64,000 nt of DNA, from NCBI GenBank assembly GCA_965655095.1, contig OZ296656.1, positions 76,694,001 through 76,758,000 on the forward strand, given 5' to 3'. The stretch's first letter is position 1. Every line of letters begins with the position of its first letter. A model generated the notes under the pieces. It was not told where the DNA came from and did no database searches. It worked only from the letters and a program-made list of their open reading frames with translations. Origin of the DNA: Haplodiscus bocki (Eukaryota). Shown piece by piece: positions 62,963-64,000 of this stretch. The position numbers were made by a program, and so were the translations under genes.

Positions 62963-63640
62963 ACAGTAATTAAATTTACTTGAAATAATAGTATGCTTGA
63001 TTATGATGTTTTTCTTAATGGAGAATTAAAAAGGCTTAAGAAACTGACGACTTCATTGACATGTCTTCGATGGTGATCAGGTGACAGTCAATTTCACTTA
63101 ATTATAGTAGTGAAAACTTCAAGACTTATCTCAAATTTTTACAAATTTTGTACTTAATTGTGAATTTGAAATGGATACAAACTATGATAATTGAGTTTCC
63201 CTTTTTTCCAGCTTTTTTGTCCCACTAGAAGGTTTTCGTTTGCGTCTGCTGACAAGCTTCAAACATTTCAGCTCACTGAATTTCCGGGAGGTTTTTTACT
63301 GTTTATCTCTTAAGAGGACAAGCTTGAGAACGCCCAATTTCGAAATTTTGGGAGCGCTCACATTGTAAACAGCTTTCCTTTCATTTCCATCGGCAAATTA
63401 TCAGTTTTTTCTTGAAACTAGTGCTAATTTTTTTGGACAGTTGCATGGATTCTTTCCGTAGTTCTAATCTAATGCAAACAGCAAGTTTTACAATTCGTTG
63501 AAGATTGTTTTCCGAAGCGTTTGAAGAATCGGTGTTTAAATCGTAGATTCCGTTGAAGCGACACTTGAAAAATTAAACGCTTGTAAAAAATCGGCGGAGT
63601 TTGTTTGTAACACTTGACCATTTCAGACTTCCAAATAATA

Positions 63641-64000
63641 ATGAACTCCGCTTTTCCCAGCTCCCTGAATCCCGTTGCCGCCAGAGCATTGGCCGAAAAT
63701 TTTGAAGAGATAACTTTTTCCGATTTCTGCTCGGGCAATGATTGCGAAGATAAAAAACTTTACCTGATCTATTTGCACGGCAAGCGCTCAGCGGAGCCTC
63801 TGAAATATCGACAGTCGACATCTGCCCGAACAATAGTGCCGTTTAAGAACAAACTTCAACAGACGAATTATGATCGGTTCTTTCTGTTAGGAGATCCCAA
63901 GTCAAATCGGGTTGTTGCCCTGTTCAGCTCAAATGACAAAGAAAGTCGAATTTTGACACGCTATCATACAGAGATACACCCAGGAAAAGTTGTGGCTATC
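63641..64000 (+). CDS. Uncharacterised ORF truncated by the window edge (possibly OB-fold-like), not in the ORF track
   Basis: 120 open codons from ATG 63641: MNSAFPSSLNPVAARALAENFEEITFSDFCSGNDCEDKKLYLIYLHGKRSAEPLKYRQSTSARTIVPFKNKLQQTNYDRFFLLGDPKSNRVVALFSSNDKESRILTRYHTEIHPGKVVAI. Preceded by acceptor-like catttcag (63626). Confidence 0.6.
   Translation, partial: MNSAFPSSLNPVAARALAENFEEITFSDFCSGNDCEDKKLYLIYLHGKRSAEPLKYRQSTSARTIVPFKNKLQQTNYDRFFLLGDPKSNRVVALFSSNDKESRILTRYHTEIHPGKVVAI

Overview
AT-rich eukaryotic (probably invertebrate) genomic DNA dominated by mobile elements; no prokaryotic operons, rRNA or CRISPR. The main feature is an unusual Helitron/Helentron-like rolling-circle transposon lineage present twice, head-to-head. 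One copy is intact and intronless on the + strand (54888-62063, about 2390 aa): Cys-rich N-terminal domains, HUH/Y2 Rep, PIF1-type helicase and a C-terminal SLX1-like GIY-YIG nuclease in place of the usual Helentron APE. It is preceded by an SGNH hydrolase ORF and followed by iterated motifs and a third ORF that runs off the window. The other copy is a diverged, frameshifted relative on the - strand (34540-42595) with an extra N-terminal OTU domain. Between them is a tandem array of about 1435-bp units. Each unit carries nested hairpins (13-bp and 34-bp stems) next to a hypervariable block of about 55 bp, and a solo relative at 26.9-28.2 kb breaks off in the large hairpin's loop. Also present: a near-identical 1414-bp macrosatellite (1-4547), a degenerate ~180-bp array, two inverted copies of a non-autonomous HINE-like repeat, decayed CR1/L2-type LINEs, and two likely exons of a host gene for a possibly N-acylated LIM-domain protein on the - strand. 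All domain calls come from motif recognition by eye; no database searches were run.
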